Below are positions 51,856 through 61,001 of a DNA stretch of 64,000 bases, piece by piece. The translations under genes and the position numbers were made by a program. Source of the DNA: Candidatus Latescibacterota bacterium (lineage in GTDB: Bacteria; Latescibacterota; CBDEFO01); assembly GCA_965248755.1 (NCBI GenBank), contig OZ252149.1, positions 2,624,001 to 2,688,000 on the forward strand. The letters are read 5' to 3'. The notes under the pieces were generated by a model. It did not search any database. It worked only from the letters and a program-made list of their open reading frames with translations, and was not told where the DNA came from. Position 1 is the first letter of the stretch. Each line of letters begins with the position of its first letter.

Positions 51856-52302
51856 ATGGCCCTAAATGGCAATATGTCTGAGCCCATAAAGTCCTGGATC
51901 ACACAGTTGTGGGTTAAAGACTTCTCTATCTGTCTGTTATTGATCCTCCTTTTGGTAGTCCTCCTTATACCAAAATTTACTCAGATTAGCCAAGAGGAGA
52001 GAAGGTTCGGCAGAGCAAAGACGGTATTAGAGCAGATATACGGTCTTGAGCGTAAATTCTACATCGAGCATCATCACTATACAGATAACCTCGATTCGCT
52101 TAATTTCATTCATCCTGGTGATTCCTATATCTATGGTATAACGGTAGCAAGCGATACCTTCTTTATCGCTACCTCGTTTCCCGAAGAAGGGCACGAGGAC
52201 AGTTGGGGGATATGGGCGGTGGATCAGACAGGGAAGGTGACACAGACCCCCTATGTCCGCTTAAATTACCAAGAGGAAATGAACCTTGAACAACGTCGCT
52301 GA
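51856..52302 (+). CDS. Type IV pilin-like membrane protein
   Basis: Hydrophobic helix ..LLIPKF, AKTVLEQIY..E..FY, YT.NL..L, W.VDQ.G; no clear prepilin G/F cleavage site. Confidence 0.5.
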   Translation: MALNGNMSEPIKSWITQLWVKDFSICLLLILLLVVLLIPKFTQISQEERRFGRAKTVLEQIYGLERKFYIEHHHYTDNLDSLNFIHPGDSYIYGITVASDTFFIATSFPEEGHEDSWGIWAVDQTGKVTQTPYVRLNYQEEMNLEQRR

Positions 52303-54004
52303 TCAGCTCTGCACGATTCCAGAGATGCTCGAAAGGAGCGCAGAGACATTTTCTGAGAAAATCGCTCTCCAGATAAAACGCGGCGACAGCTACGAACGCA
52401 TTTCGTATCTTGAACTGAAGGAATACGTGCAGAAACTCTCGCAAAGCCTTGCAGAGTTGGGCTTAAGTCCTGGAGACAGGGTGGGAGTTATGGGAGAGAA
52501 CAGGCCTGAATGGGCTATCTCCTATCTTGCGATCCTTGCGTGCAATGCGACGGTTGTACCTTTAGACCCGCTCCTTAAGCCTGTAGAGATCACGCATATC
52601 ATGCGTGACTCGGAGGTCAAGATAGCGATAATTTCAGGTAACTTCTTGGAGACTCTACACGACATTAAACCGTCCCTGTCTCATTTGGAGGGAATTATCT
52701 CTATGGATTCGCACAAGGAGGGCCTGGAACTTTGGAAGTCGATAGCTCAGGCCGGTTCAAAGGAGAAAAAGACTCAAGGTCCATCTTTGGAAGACCTTGC
52801 GGCGCTCATATACACATCCGGGACGACGGGGCATCCCAAGGGCGTGATGCTGACGCATAAGAACATAATGTCCAATGTGGTCGGGGCTTCTATGGCTATC
52901 GACGTAAACCAGGACGATAACTTCCTTTCTGTCCTTCCGATCCATCATACGTTCGAGTGCACCTGCGGATTTTTGGTACCTCTTTGCGTCGGAGCGACGA
53001 TAACTTACGCCAGGAGCCTTAAGTCAAAGGATATTATAGAGGGTATGAAGGATACGCAGGTATCCGTGATGATGGGTGTGCCTCTTCTATACGAGAAGAT
53101 GTTTTTGGGAATTATGCGAGCTATTAACAAAAAGCCCACGATCACAAGGGCGATGTTTAAGGTGAGCTTGGGTGCGGTAAAGTCCGCTAAGAACCTTTTG
53201 AGGATGAAGATCGGAGGAGCGGTGTTCAAGGGCTTGAGGAAGAAGGCGGGGATAGATTCCCTCAGATTCTTAATGTCTGGCGGAGCTGCGCTGCCTCCCT
53301 ACATAGCTTATGGGTTTGAAAATCTGGGCGTCAATCTGGTTCAGGGATACGGCTTGACGGAGACTTCTCCTGTTCTTTGTGTGAATCCCATTCTAAATCC
53401 CAGACACGAATCTGTGGGACCGCCGATACCGGGTGTGGAGATCAAGATCCTGGATCCCGAGTCAGATGGCGTGGGCGAAATAGCGGCACGGGGCGAGTCT
53501 GTGATGGCGGGCTACTACCAAAATCCAGAGGCGACCGAGGAGGTAATGGAAGGTGAATGGCTCAGGACTGGGGACTCCGGATGGATTGACAAGGACGGGT
53601 TTTTACACATTTCAGGCAGATTGAAGAATCTCATAGTGACAGGCGCAGGAAAGAACGTCTATCCCGAGGAGGTGGAGGACGTTCTCAACGAGAGTCCCTA
53701 TATTTTGGAAACGATGGTCTACGGAGAACCTTCAGAAGACGGATTGAGAGAGGAGATAAAGGCTATAGTCGTGCCCGATTATGAGTATATAGAACAAAGC
53801 GGTGCGACCGCCGGTGCGATGAGCGATCAGGAGACACAGGCGATCATAAAGGAAGAGGTGTCGAAGATGTGCAGCCAGTTCGCCGATTACAAGCGTGTGA
53901 AAGAGAAGGATGTCTCCATTCGCAGGGAGGAATTTCCAAAAACTTCAACAAAAAAGATACAAAGGTTTCTGGTGCTTCAGGAAATGGAAGGGACAGCTAT
54001 ATGA
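52286..54004 (+). CDS. Long-chain fatty acid--CoA ligase
   Basis: YTSGTTGHPKG, GYGLTE, RTGDSG, GRLKNLI, KTSTKKIQR. Confidence 0.92.
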   Translation: MNNVADQLCTIPEMLERSAETFSEKIALQIKRGDSYERISYLELKEYVQKLSQSLAELGLSPGDRVGVMGENRPEWAISYLAILACNATVVPLDPLLKPVEITHIMRDSEVKIAIISGNFLETLHDIKPSLSHLEGIISMDSHKEGLELWKSIAQAGSKEKKTQGPSLEDLAALIYTSGTTGHPKGVMLTHKNIMSNVVGASMAIDVNQDDNFLSVLPIHHTFECTCGFLVPLCVGATITYARSLKSKDIIEGMKDTQVSVMMGVPLLYEKMFLGIMRAINKKPTITRAMFKVSLGAVKSAKNLLRMKIGGAVFKGLRKKAGIDSLRFLMSGGAALPPYIAYGFENLGVNLVQGYGLTETSPVLCVNPILNPRHESVGPPIPGVEIKILDPESDGVGEIAARGESVMAGYYQNPEATEEVMEGEWLRTGDSGWIDKDGFLHISGRLKNLIVTGAGKNVYPEEVEDVLNESPYILETMVYGEPSEDGLREEIKAIVVPDYEYIEQSGATAGAMSDQETQAIIKEEVSKMCSQFADYKRVKEKDVSIRREEFPKTSTKKIQRFLVLQEMEGTAI

Positions 54005-54105
54005 GTAGACAGCAGACAGGGATACCTCCTCTCCTCGCCTATTTGGTGTCTGGTATCTATTTTCTACTCTGCCCGCGACGGGTTGGGTAGGGCTGCCCTA
54101 TCTAC

Positions 54106-54126
54106 CCCCGATTGAATCTATCGGGG
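54106..54126. repeat. Dispersed REP-like palindrome CCCCGAT(A/T)GA.TC.ATCGGGG (representative copy)
   Basis: Related copies at 6427-6447, 38419-38482, 39233-39257, 39601-39617, 40152-40174, 51741-51763, 62574-62592. Confidence 0.8.
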
Positions 54127-54163
54127 CTACTGTGTGCTGTCTCCTTGTTCAGGAAGAGATTAC

Positions 54164-55642
54164 ATGGCTCAACAAAGAGAACTGTGGAACAACCGCTCGG
54201 GGTTTATTCTGGCGGCCATAGGTTCTGCTGTAGGTCTGGGGAACATCTGGAGGTTCCCTTACGTCTGCTACCAGAACGGAGGAGGGGCATTCCTGATCCC
54301 ATACTTTGTGGCGCTGATCACCGCGGGCATTCCCTTGATGATTTTAGAGATGGGGATCGGCCACATGATGAGAGGGGGAGCCCCCTTATCGTTCTCCAAG
54401 GTGGGCAGAAAGTGGGAGTGGGTAGGCTGGGCCGCGCTCTTGATGGGGTTTATTGTGGTCGTCTATTACGCCGTGGTGATGGCATGGTGCTTTAGCTATC
54501 TGAAGTACTCTTTTACCCTGGCCTGGGGGGAGGATACCGGTGGTTTCTTTGTAAATCAGTTTCTGGGAAAGACATCAGACCCTGCTGACCTGGGCGGCGT
54601 ACGATGGCCTATTTTGGCAGGTCTGGTCGCTACGTGGGTCTGCATCTATTTAATTATCTTCAGGGGCATCAAGACTGTGAGCAAGGTGGTCCTGGCCACA
54701 GTTCCCCTCCCGCTTCTCATAATCATCATCTTCGTCATCAGGGGTGTTACACTCCCCGGGGCTATGGAAGGGCTGAACTTCTATTTGACCCCTGATTTTT
54801 CCAGGCTACTGGATCCGAAGGTGTGGCTTGCTGCGTACGGACAGGTATTCTTCAGCCTCAGCCTGTCGTTCGGCATAATGATCGCCTACGCGAGCTACGT
54901 GCCGTCCAGATCCGATATAACCAATAGCGCTCTGATCATCACTCTCAGCAACTGTGGAACCAGCTTCCTTGCAGGATTTGCAGTCTTCAGCGCATTAGGA
55001 TACCTTGCCCATATCCAGGGTACGGACATCCAGAACGTGGTGTCAAGCGGCCCTGGACTGGCATTTGTCACCTATCCCCTCGTGATTAATAAACTTCCCT
55101 TCTGGCCTCAACTCTTTGGTGTCCTTTTCTTCGTCCTCCTCTTGACACTCGGGATCGACTCCGCTTTCTCACTGGTGGAGGCAGTTGTGGCGGGTTTCAT
55201 GGATAAGTGGAGCGGCTACAGCAGGAAAAGAGTTGTCGGATACACGTGTTTTGTGGCTCTTATATTGGGTATCATATTCACCACGGGCGCCGGAGTAGCC
55301 TGGCTGGACATTGTTGATCATTTCGTCAACAACTTCGGTCTGACCTTCATCGGATTCTTGGAGTGTCTGGTCATCGGATACATTTTAGGGAACGGCAAAC
55401 TCAGAGAGCACCTAAACTCTGTGTCCGAAGTGAAGGTCGGCCTCTGGTGGGAACTCTTTATCAAGGTGATTACTCCCCTTATCCTGGTTGTCTCTTTTGG
55501 GCTTTCCCTCTGGGAGCGGATAAAGGCCCCGTATGAGAACTATCCTGAATGGGCTCTCCTTTTAGGTGGATGGCTGCTCTTGGCTGTGGCTCTTGTGGTA
55601 GCCTTCCTGTTCGGAAAGATCAGATCAGCGGAGGAGCTTTAG
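54164..55642 (+). CDS. Sodium-dependent transporter, NSS family
   Basis: GSAVGLGNIWRFPY, GGGAFLIPY, QVFFSLS, GPGLAF. Confidence 0.95.
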   Translation: MAQQRELWNNRSGFILAAIGSAVGLGNIWRFPYVCYQNGGGAFLIPYFVALITAGIPLMILEMGIGHMMRGGAPLSFSKVGRKWEWVGWAALLMGFIVVVYYAVVMAWCFSYLKYSFTLAWGEDTGGFFVNQFLGKTSDPADLGGVRWPILAGLVATWVCIYLIIFRGIKTVSKVVLATVPLPLLIIIIFVIRGVTLPGAMEGLNFYLTPDFSRLLDPKVWLAAYGQVFFSLSLSFGIMIAYASYVPSRSDITNSALIITLSNCGTSFLAGFAVFSALGYLAHIQGTDIQNVVSSGPGLAFVTYPLVINKLPFWPQLFGVLFFVLLLTLGIDSAFSLVEAVVAGFMDKWSGYSRKRVVGYTCFVALILGIIFTTGAGVAWLDIVDHFVNNFGLTFIGFLECLVIGYILGNGKLREHLNSVSEVKVGLWWELFIKVITPLILVVSFGLSLWERIKAPYENYPEWALLLGGWLLLAVALVVAFLFGKIRSAEEL

Positions 55643-55644
55643 CG

Positions 55645-55770
55645 ATGTCTGGATCGGCAATTGCGATGCTCGTTTTCGGGAGTGTCCTCCTCTATGTCCC
55701 GCTCGCCTACTGTCTCTACAGGGCCATCAGGAGCAAAGAGAGGGTAGAGGAGGACGAAGAGTCCCGCTGA
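55645..55770 (+). CDS. MetS-like small subunit of the NSS transporter
   Basis: 41-aa single-TM ORF MSGSAIAMLVFGSVLLY.. directly after the NSS gene, with GGAG SD. Confidence 0.75.
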   Translation: MSGSAIAMLVFGSVLLYVPLAYCLYRAIRSKERVEEDEESR

Positions 55771-56075
55771 GGTTTAAAATAGAGGGGCTGCTGCTGCGTT
55801 CCCGGCTGACCACTACCTGCTGCTTTTTTGATGTGGGTGTAGAGGGTGTAGACCTTTTGTATATTGCTGTCCGTAAAATCTTTTCTGTTCTGTGTAGAAG
55901 TACTAAACATGAATATACACTGTACACACGGTATACACCTCGTACCTTAAACCGATTCCCAGTTGGCAGAAATATCCCTCTTTCTTCGATGAAGAGCCTT
56001 CCGTGCGTGTCCCAACCTTGAAAAGTCTATGTAGGCAAAAAGCGAAAGCCTGCGTTAAAGGCGGATATTTTAGCC

Positions 56076-56104
56076 TTGACAAAGAGATAGGTATCGAGTA
56101 TCTT
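56076..56104 (+). promoter_or_regulatory. Sigma70 promoter for the hydrolase array
   Basis: TTGACA-17-TATCTT. Confidence 0.55.
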
Positions 56105-56313
56105 GCCTTGTACCCAGTGTCTGGTCAAGATACTCTGGAGTTGAAGCCTGTGGAGACCTTCCTATCTGTGAGTCGTTCGGCGATCCGGCCGGGGAACCTA
56201 GTGACCTGTTGCCCATAGATGCTCAGTTGCTGCACCTATTAAGGATCCAGGGCGTCATCTTTCGCAGTCAACAGATGGGTGCAGAAGCAAAAGCGGAAAC
56301 CTAAGATAAGGAG

Positions 56314-57882
56314 ATGAGAATGCCTAGACCCCCCGACTACGGAATTATCTACAACTGGGACGGCGCCCCGCACGGCTGCTCTGAGGTGCCGCAGTCGATG
56401 GAAGCGTTCTTGGAAAAGGTATACGCCCCACTGGAGGACACTCAGGTGGGCGCCCACTTCTGGTGCATAGGAGAGCATGCCGCCCGATGGAAGAGCGATG
56501 TGCTCGAACTCCTCGGCGACTTCCATGATCGGCGCTACGAGAACGCCCAAACCTACACGTTCACGGAGAACGTCCGCCAGATGTTAGAGCGGGGTGAAGA
56601 TGCGCAAGAGGCGCTGATCGAGCGGGGTCATCAACTGGGCATGGAGGTCTATGCGTCGGTTCGCATGAACGACAATCACTTCGACGGGGCTCAGGTGGAG
56701 GAGCTTGGGAAGCTGCACCACACCGAACTGACGCGCATGCGGATCGAACATCCGGAGTGGCTCTTAGGCGACCAGACCACAGAGTGGTACGCCCTCTCGT
56801 GGAACTTCGCGGTGCCCGAAGTGCGGGAGCACCGCTTTGCTCATATCAAAGAGATATGTCAACTTTATGACTGGGACGGCGTCGAGTTAGACTGGCAGCG
56901 GCACGCCTTCCATTTCCCAGAGGACGATGCCTACAGACTCCGCTACCTCCTGACTGACCTCCAGCGGACTGTGCGGCGGATGACAGACGATCTGGCAAAA
57001 GAGCGCGGGAGGCCGTTCTACTTAGCCGCTCGTGTGGCTGGGAATCTTGAGATGTGTCGTAAGATCGGCTACGATATTCCCACCTGGATCGAGGAAGGTC
57101 TTCTGGACATCATAATCCCCGCAGGCAATGCGGTGACCGACCCCTCGATCGATGTGGCAGCGTTTGTCCAGATATGCAGGGGCACGAATATCGCCGTCTA
57201 CCCCGGATTCGACGGGGGGCTGCCCGACCCCTTCGTTGGCCCTGAAGACGCAGGGACCAAAGATAGGCTGCGCACACGAGCTATAGCAAGCCGCTACCAC
57301 AGGGCGGAGGCGGACGGCATCTACGTGTTCAACTGGCACGCAAACCGTGATTCGAGACGCGAACTCTTATGTCAGGTAGGCTCTCCCGACACCCTGCGGC
57401 GTAAGGACAAGATCTATGCGGCCACAAACCGCTTTATCCAGAAGGAGGGTCAGTGGCGCGGCGCCTACCGCAGAGACCGGATCTGGGGCGAAGTGCCGGT
57501 GGCTCTGAAGCGGACACTTACCGGCGAAGGACCAGAGATCACACTGAACGTGGCGGATGACCTATCGGTGGACATCCCCGATAGCGTTGAGCTTAGAGTT
57601 CGGCTCGACCAGTGGGTCAAAGGTGATGTGGTGCACATCTTCTGGGATGGATCAAAGTTAGATGATCTCGAAGTTAAATACTGCAAGCTCGGCGATCCGC
57701 ACAGGATCTTAGATGTTGGCTGGGCGGCGTGGCTCTGCTGCCAGATGGATCGTTCGAAAGTCGGGGTAGGTCCCCATACGGTGAAAGTTGCACTTTCAGA
57801 GCGCAATCCTAAAGTGGCCTGCGATATAGTGCTGACAGATGTGGAATTGGTTATACGATATCCTGAGGAATTGACGATATAG
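56314..57882 (+). CDS. GHL10-like TIM-barrel hydrolase, paralog 1
   Basis: YNWDG, ASVRMNDNH, EHPEW, DGVELDWQRH, DGIYVFN; no signal peptide. Confidence 0.7.
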   Translation: MRMPRPPDYGIIYNWDGAPHGCSEVPQSMEAFLEKVYAPLEDTQVGAHFWCIGEHAARWKSDVLELLGDFHDRRYENAQTYTFTENVRQMLERGEDAQEALIERGHQLGMEVYASVRMNDNHFDGAQVEELGKLHHTELTRMRIEHPEWLLGDQTTEWYALSWNFAVPEVREHRFAHIKEICQLYDWDGVELDWQRHAFHFPEDDAYRLRYLLTDLQRTVRRMTDDLAKERGRPFYLAARVAGNLEMCRKIGYDIPTWIEEGLLDIIIPAGNAVTDPSIDVAAFVQICRGTNIAVYPGFDGGLPDPFVGPEDAGTKDRLRTRAIASRYHRAEADGIYVFNWHANRDSRRELLCQVGSPDTLRRKDKIYAATNRFIQKEGQWRGAYRRDRIWGEVPVALKRTLTGEGPEITLNVADDLSVDIPDSVELRVRLDQWVKGDVVHIFWDGSKLDDLEVKYCKLGDPHRILDVGWAAWLCCQMDRSKVGVGPHTVKVALSERNPKVACDIVLTDVELVIRYPEELTI

Positions 57883-57895
57883 GACGTAAGCGAAG

Positions 57896-59491
57896 GTGAC
57901 CATGGCTAAACACGCTAAATATACTGAGTACGGAATTATCTACAACTGGGACGGCGCCCCACACGGCTGCTCTGAGGTTCCGCAGTCGATGGAAGCGTTC
58001 TTGGAGAAGGTATACGCCCCACTGGAGGACACTCAGGTGGGCGCCCACTTCTGGTGCATCGAGGAGCATGCCTCCCGCTGGAAAAGCGATGTGCTCGAAC
58101 TGTTAGACGACTTCCACGATCGGCGCTACGAGAACACTTACACCTACACGTTCACGGAGAACGTCCGCCAGATGTTAGAGCGGGGTGAAGATGCACAAGA
58201 GGCACTGATCGAGCGGGGTCATCAACTGGGCCTGGATGTCTATGCGTCGGTTCGCATGAACGACAACCACTTCGGCGGTGCCCAGGTAGAGGAGCTTGGA
58301 GAGCTTCACGACACCGAACTGACGCGCATGCGGATCGAGCATCCGGAGTGGCTCTTAGGCGACCAAACTTCGGAGTGGTTTGCCCTCTCGTGGAACTTCG
58401 CGGTGCCCGAAGTTCGGGAGCACCGCTTTGCTCATGTCAAAGAGATATGCCAGCTATATGACTGGGACGGCGTCGAGTTAGACTGGCAGCGCCACGCCTT
58501 CCATTTTCCAGAGGACGATGCCTACAGACTCCGCTACCTCCTGACTGACCTCCAGAGGGCTGTGCGCAGGATGACAGATGACATAGCAAAAGAGCGCGGG
58601 AGGCCGTTCTACTTAGCCGCTCGTGTGGCTGGGAATCTTGAGATGTGTCGTAAGATCGGCTACGATATTCCCACCTGGATCGAGGAAGGTCTTCTGGACA
58701 TCATAATCCCCGCAGGCAATGCGGCGACCGACCCCTCGATCGATGTGGCAGAGTTTGTCCAGATGTGCAGGGGCACGAATATCGCCGTCTACCCCGGGTT
58801 CGACGGGGGGCTGCCCGACCCCTTCGTTGGCCCTGATGACGCAGGGACCAAAGATAGGATGCGCACACGAGCTATAGCAAGCCGCTACCACAGGGCAGAG
58901 GCGGACGGCATCTACGTGTTCAACTGGCACGCAAACCGTGATTCGAGACGCGAACTCTTATGTCAGGTAGGCTCTCCCGACACTCTGCGGCGCAAGGACA
59001 AGATCTATGCGGCTACAAACCGCTTCATCCAGAAGGAGGGCCAGTGGCGCGGCGCCTACCGCAGAGACCGGATCTGGGGCGAAGTGCCGGTTGCCCTGAA
59101 GCGGACACTTACCGGCGAAGGACCGGAGATCACACTGAACGTGGCGGATGACCTGTCGGTGGACATCCCTGATAGCGTTGAGCTTAGAGTTCGGCTCGAC
59201 CAGTGGGTCAAAGGCGATCTAGTGCACGCCTATTGGGATGGATCAGAGTTAGAGGATCTCGCAGTGAGCTACAGCTCCCCCGGGCATATCTCAGATGTAA
59301 GCGGCTCGGTATGGCTGTGCTGCCAGATGGATCCTTCGAAAGTCGAGGTAGGTCCCCATAAGGTGAAAGTTACACTTTCTGAGCGTAATCCGAAAGTCGT
59401 CTGCGATATCGTGCTGACAGATGTGGAGTTGGTTATACGATATCCCGGGAATTCAGAACAAAGAACGGCAAGTGGAGGTGAGAATGCCTAA
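57896..59491 (+). CDS. GHL10-like TIM-barrel hydrolase, paralog 2
   Basis: Long stretches near-identical to paralog 1. Confidence 0.7.
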   Translation: MTMAKHAKYTEYGIIYNWDGAPHGCSEVPQSMEAFLEKVYAPLEDTQVGAHFWCIEEHASRWKSDVLELLDDFHDRRYENTYTYTFTENVRQMLERGEDAQEALIERGHQLGLDVYASVRMNDNHFGGAQVEELGELHDTELTRMRIEHPEWLLGDQTSEWFALSWNFAVPEVREHRFAHVKEICQLYDWDGVELDWQRHAFHFPEDDAYRLRYLLTDLQRAVRRMTDDIAKERGRPFYLAARVAGNLEMCRKIGYDIPTWIEEGLLDIIIPAGNAATDPSIDVAEFVQMCRGTNIAVYPGFDGGLPDPFVGPDDAGTKDRMRTRAIASRYHRAEADGIYVFNWHANRDSRRELLCQVGSPDTLRRKDKIYAATNRFIQKEGQWRGAYRRDRIWGEVPVALKRTLTGEGPEITLNVADDLSVDIPDSVELRVRLDQWVKGDLVHAYWDGSELEDLAVSYSSPGHISDVSGSVWLCCQMDPSKVEVGPHKVKVTLSERNPKVVCDIVLTDVELVIRYPGNSEQRTASGGENA

Positions 59492-60986
59492 GCATACTGA
59501 CTACGAAATTATCTACAACTGGGACGGCGCCCCTCATGGCTGCTCTGAGGTACCGCAGTCGATGGAAGCATTTTTAGAAAAGGTATACGCCCCACTTGAG
59601 GACACTCAGGTGGGCGCCCACTTCTGGTGCATCGGAGAGCATGCCGCCCGATGGAATAGCGATGTGCTCGAACTGTTAGGTGACTTCCACGATAGGCGCT
59701 ACGAGAACGCCAACAACTACACCTTAACGGAGAACGTCCGTCAGATGTTGGAGCGGGGCGAAGATCCGCAAGAGGCGCTGATCGAGCGAGGTCATCAATT
59801 AGGACTCGATGTCTATGCGTCGGTTCGCATGAACGACAACCACTTCGGCGGTACACAGGTGGAAGACCTTGGGAAGCTTCACCACACCGAACTGACGCGC
59901 ATGCGGATCGAACATCCGGAGTGGCTCTTAGGCGACCAGACATCAGAGTGGTTCGCCCTCTCGTGGAACTTCGCGGTGCCCGAAGTGCGTGAGCACCGCT
60001 TCCTGCATATCAAAGAGATATGCCAGCTATATGACTGGGACGGCGTCGAGCTGGACTGGCAGCGCCACGCCTTCCATTTTCCAGAGGACGATGCCTACAG
60101 ACTCCGCTACCTCCTGACTGACCTCCAGAGGGCTGTCCGCAGGATGACAGATGACATAGCAAAAGAGCGCGGCAGACCCTTCTACGTAGCTGCCCGCGTG
60201 GCTGGGAATCTTGAGATGTGTCGCAACATCGGCTACGATGTTCCCGCCTGGATCGACGAAGGTTTGATGGATATCATAATACCCGCAGGACATGCGTCGA
60301 CCGATCCCTCGATCGATGTAGACACGTTCGTACAGTTGTGTCGGGGTACGGATATCGCTGTCTACCCAGGACTGGACAGCGGATTGGCGCCTTCCTATCT
60401 GGCCATAGCAAGCAGCCACCACAGAGCGGGAGCGGACGGTATCTATGTGTTCAACTGGCACGCAAACCGCGATTCGAGGCGCGAACTCTTATGTCAGATA
60501 GGATCCCCCAACACTCTTCGGCGCAAGGACAAGGTCTACGCTGCCACAAACCGTATCATCCAGAAGGAGGGTCAGTGGCGCGGCGCCTACCGCCTCGACC
60601 AGATCTGGGGCGAAGTGCCGGTTGCCCTGAAACGTACGCTTACGGAAGAGGGCCCGACTATCACACTGAACGTGGCGGATGACCTATCGGTGGACATCCC
60701 CGAGAGCGTTGAGCTTAGAGTTCAGCTCGCGCAGTGGGTGAAAGGCGATCTAGTGCACGTCTATTGGGATGGATCAAAGTTAGAGGATCTCGACGCGAGC
60801 TACGGCTCCCCGGGCCATATCTCAGATGTGAGCGGGGCGGTATGGCTGTGCTGCCAGATGGATCCTTCGAAAGTCGTGTTAGGTCCCCATAAGGTGAAAG
60901 TTGCACTTGCAGAGCGCAACCCGAAAATGGCCTGCGATATAGTGCTGACGGATGTGGAGTTGGTCATACGATATCCTGGGAATTGA
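59484..60986 (+). CDS. GHL10-like TIM-barrel hydrolase, paralog 3 (shortened loop)
   Basis: ATG 59484 after GGAGG; GLDSGLAPSYLAIAS replaces a longer loop. Confidence 0.7.
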   Translation: MPKHTDYEIIYNWDGAPHGCSEVPQSMEAFLEKVYAPLEDTQVGAHFWCIGEHAARWNSDVLELLGDFHDRRYENANNYTLTENVRQMLERGEDPQEALIERGHQLGLDVYASVRMNDNHFGGTQVEDLGKLHHTELTRMRIEHPEWLLGDQTSEWFALSWNFAVPEVREHRFLHIKEICQLYDWDGVELDWQRHAFHFPEDDAYRLRYLLTDLQRAVRRMTDDIAKERGRPFYVAARVAGNLEMCRNIGYDVPAWIDEGLMDIIIPAGHASTDPSIDVDTFVQLCRGTDIAVYPGLDSGLAPSYLAIASSHHRAGADGIYVFNWHANRDSRRELLCQIGSPNTLRRKDKVYAATNRIIQKEGQWRGAYRLDQIWGEVPVALKRTLTEEGPTITLNVADDLSVDIPESVELRVQLAQWVKGDLVHVYWDGSKLEDLDASYGSPGHISDVSGAVWLCCQMDPSKVVLGPHKVKVALAERNPKMACDIVLTDVELVIRYPGN

Positions 60987-61001
60987 CGATATAGCACGTA
61001 A

